This document shows, one piece after another, positions 62,886 through 64,000 of a stretch of DNA of 64,000 nucleotides. Each line of letters opens with the position of its first letter. Position 1 is the first letter of the stretch. The position numbers and the translations under genes are program-made. The stretch is from Escherichia phage FP43, in the sequence record MN648445; one strand, written 5' to 3'. Below the pieces are notes generated by a model. That model saw nothing but the letters and a program-made list of their open reading frames with translations. It had not been told where the DNA came from and made no database searches.

Positions 62886-63757
62886 TATTGAGCGACCCCA
62901 ATTTTCTGAGTTGAGATAATTTTAACTGCTGAACGTAATCCAATAATATCGGATGTAATCGTCATAGTAGCAAAGTTGTTAATAATACTAAAGCTAATAT
63001 TAGCAATCTCGTCGGTTTCATCTACATTACCAACTCGCATTACTGCAAATTCGGTAGAAAGAACTTCTGAGTTAATTGTATCTATTAGAATATTTATTTC
63101 GCATGTTTTTATTTTTCTACCATCAGCGGATTGACATGTAACAAGCAATTTAGCCATGTTATAATCCGTGCGATAAAACAGAGGAATAGAAACTGTGTTT
63201 CCTGTAAGACTCCAAGTCCCATCAACAGGAGATTCTTTCTGTCCAAACATGCTATCAGTAGAATAATTCCATACTGAAGTTGGCCCGTTAAGTTCAACAC
63301 AACGAAGAACAACATGAGTATAAGGGGTGGAAATAACAAGATTATTAAGAACACCTTTAATTGAACCGTCAGTTACTTGGATACTTAAAGGATTGTTAAC
63401 AGAAATAGACCCATTAGAGTTTATGAATTCTACAGAGTCACCTAATTCAGGACGGTCAATAATAACAATCACACCACCATCAGAAGCATCAATATCATGC
63501 ATAGTGCCTGGTTTAATAGGAGTTTGATAATCGGCCGCCTTTCCTTTTTGATAATAACCTGTGGCATGAATAGTTTGACCTGTAGGTCCGGTTCCATCTG
63601 CTACGGCCATTTTACGTTGATCGCCAAATGCATTGTAAATAGCGTTGATATCGTCATTTATTTTATTACCACCGTCGAATAAGATATCACCTGTTGAGGC
63701 ATTACCAATTTCGCCGGTATCGATTAATTGTTTAGGAGTTTGCTTAAAAAATGCCAT
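62885..63757 (-). CDS. 9: Baseplate wedge / long tail fiber socket protein gp9
   Basis: 290-aa ORF MAFFKQTPKQLIDTGEIGNASTGDILFDGGNKINDDIN (T4 gp9 288 aa). Confidence 0.85.
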   Translation of the reverse strand: MAFFKQTPKQLIDTGEIGNASTGDILFDGGNKINDDINAIYNAFGDQRKMAVADGTGPTGQTIHATGYYQKGKAADYQTPIKPGTMHDIDASDGGVIVIIDRPELGDSVEFINSNGSISVNNPLSIQVTDGSIKGVLNNLVISTPYTHVVLRCVELNGPTSVWNYSTDSMFGQKESPVDGTWSLTGNTVSIPLFYRTDYNMAKLLVTCQSADGRKIKTCEINILIDTINSEVLSTEFAVMRVGNVDETDEIANISFSIINNFATMTITSDIIGLRSAVKIISTQKIGVAQ

Positions 63758-63789
63758 AATTCTGCCTTTTGTTGTCCGATATTATATTC

Positions 63790-63797
63790 TATTTATA
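63790..63797 (-). promoter_or_regulatory. Late promoter (TATAAATA) for gene 9
   Basis: Exact TATAAATA on minus strand 32 nt upstream of gene 9 ATG. Confidence 0.65.
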
Positions 63798-63800
63798 GAT

Positions 63801-63826
63801 ACAAAAATGGGAGCCCGAAGGCTCCC
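63801..63826 (-). terminator. Rho-independent terminator after gene 8
   Basis: GGGAGCC-TTCG-GGCTCCC on minus strand followed by ATTTTTGT. Confidence 0.7.
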
Positions 63827-63829
63827 TAA

Positions 63830-64000
63830 TTAAAACATAAACAAAATGTTAATTTCTTCTGTTTGGTCCATTGCCATAATAACAGGTGGTCGGTTTTCCA
63901 TATAAATCATTTCACCTGAATGACGTTGCAGGTCTCTAGGGTCGTAATAATCCTTTTCTGCTTTAACATTAGGGTCATTTGGATTTTTCTTAGCTTCTAA
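63830..64000 (-). CDS. 8: Baseplate wedge protein gp8, C-terminal end (partial; starts beyond window end)
   Basis: Open minus-strand frame running to window edge and ending ...MDQTEEINILFMF-stop; assigned by synteny upstream of gene 9. Confidence 0.55.
   Translation of the reverse strand, partial: LEAKKNPNDPNVKAEKDYYDPRDLQRHSGEMIYMENRPPVIMAMDQTEEINILFMF

Overview
This 64-kb window is a contiguous stretch of a T4-like (Tevenvirinae-type) myovirus genome, in reverse orientation to the usual T4 map, running from the N-terminal part of long-tail-fiber gene 34 to the 3' end of baseplate gene 8. Identifications rest on my recall of T4 protein sequences, ORF lengths and gene order; no database search was run. 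The first ~28 kb is an early/middle region on the + strand: rnh, dsbA, 33, 59, 32, frd, td, nrdA, nrdB, denA, rnlA, alc-like, a spanin pair, pseT, cd, 31, rIII, DNA ligase 30 and alt, interspersed with small ORFs of unknown function. The remainder is late structural genes, mostly on the - strand: baseplate hub 54-48-29-28-27-51, 26-25, uvsY, uvsW, inh, hoc, rnlB, head genes 24-23-22-21-68-67-20, tail 19-18, terminase 17-16, neck 15-14-13, wac, and 12-11-10-9. td and nrdB are uninterrupted (no group I introns) and I saw no homing-endonuclease ORFs, tRNAs, CRISPR arrays or IS elements. Regulatory punctuation is dense: early promoters (GTTTAC -35, N17-19, TACTAT-type -10), a few MotA-box middle promoters, exact TATAAATA late promoters and a family of GC-rich UUCG-tetraloop terminators. 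The most notable accessory content is a full-length class I DAHP synthase between pseT and cd, a NADAR (YbiA-like) ORF and a HAD-like phosphatase translationally coupled to DNA ligase, a tandem pair of paralogous small genes after gene 32, and a ~290-bp structured non-coding gap followed by a small basic ORF after rIII.
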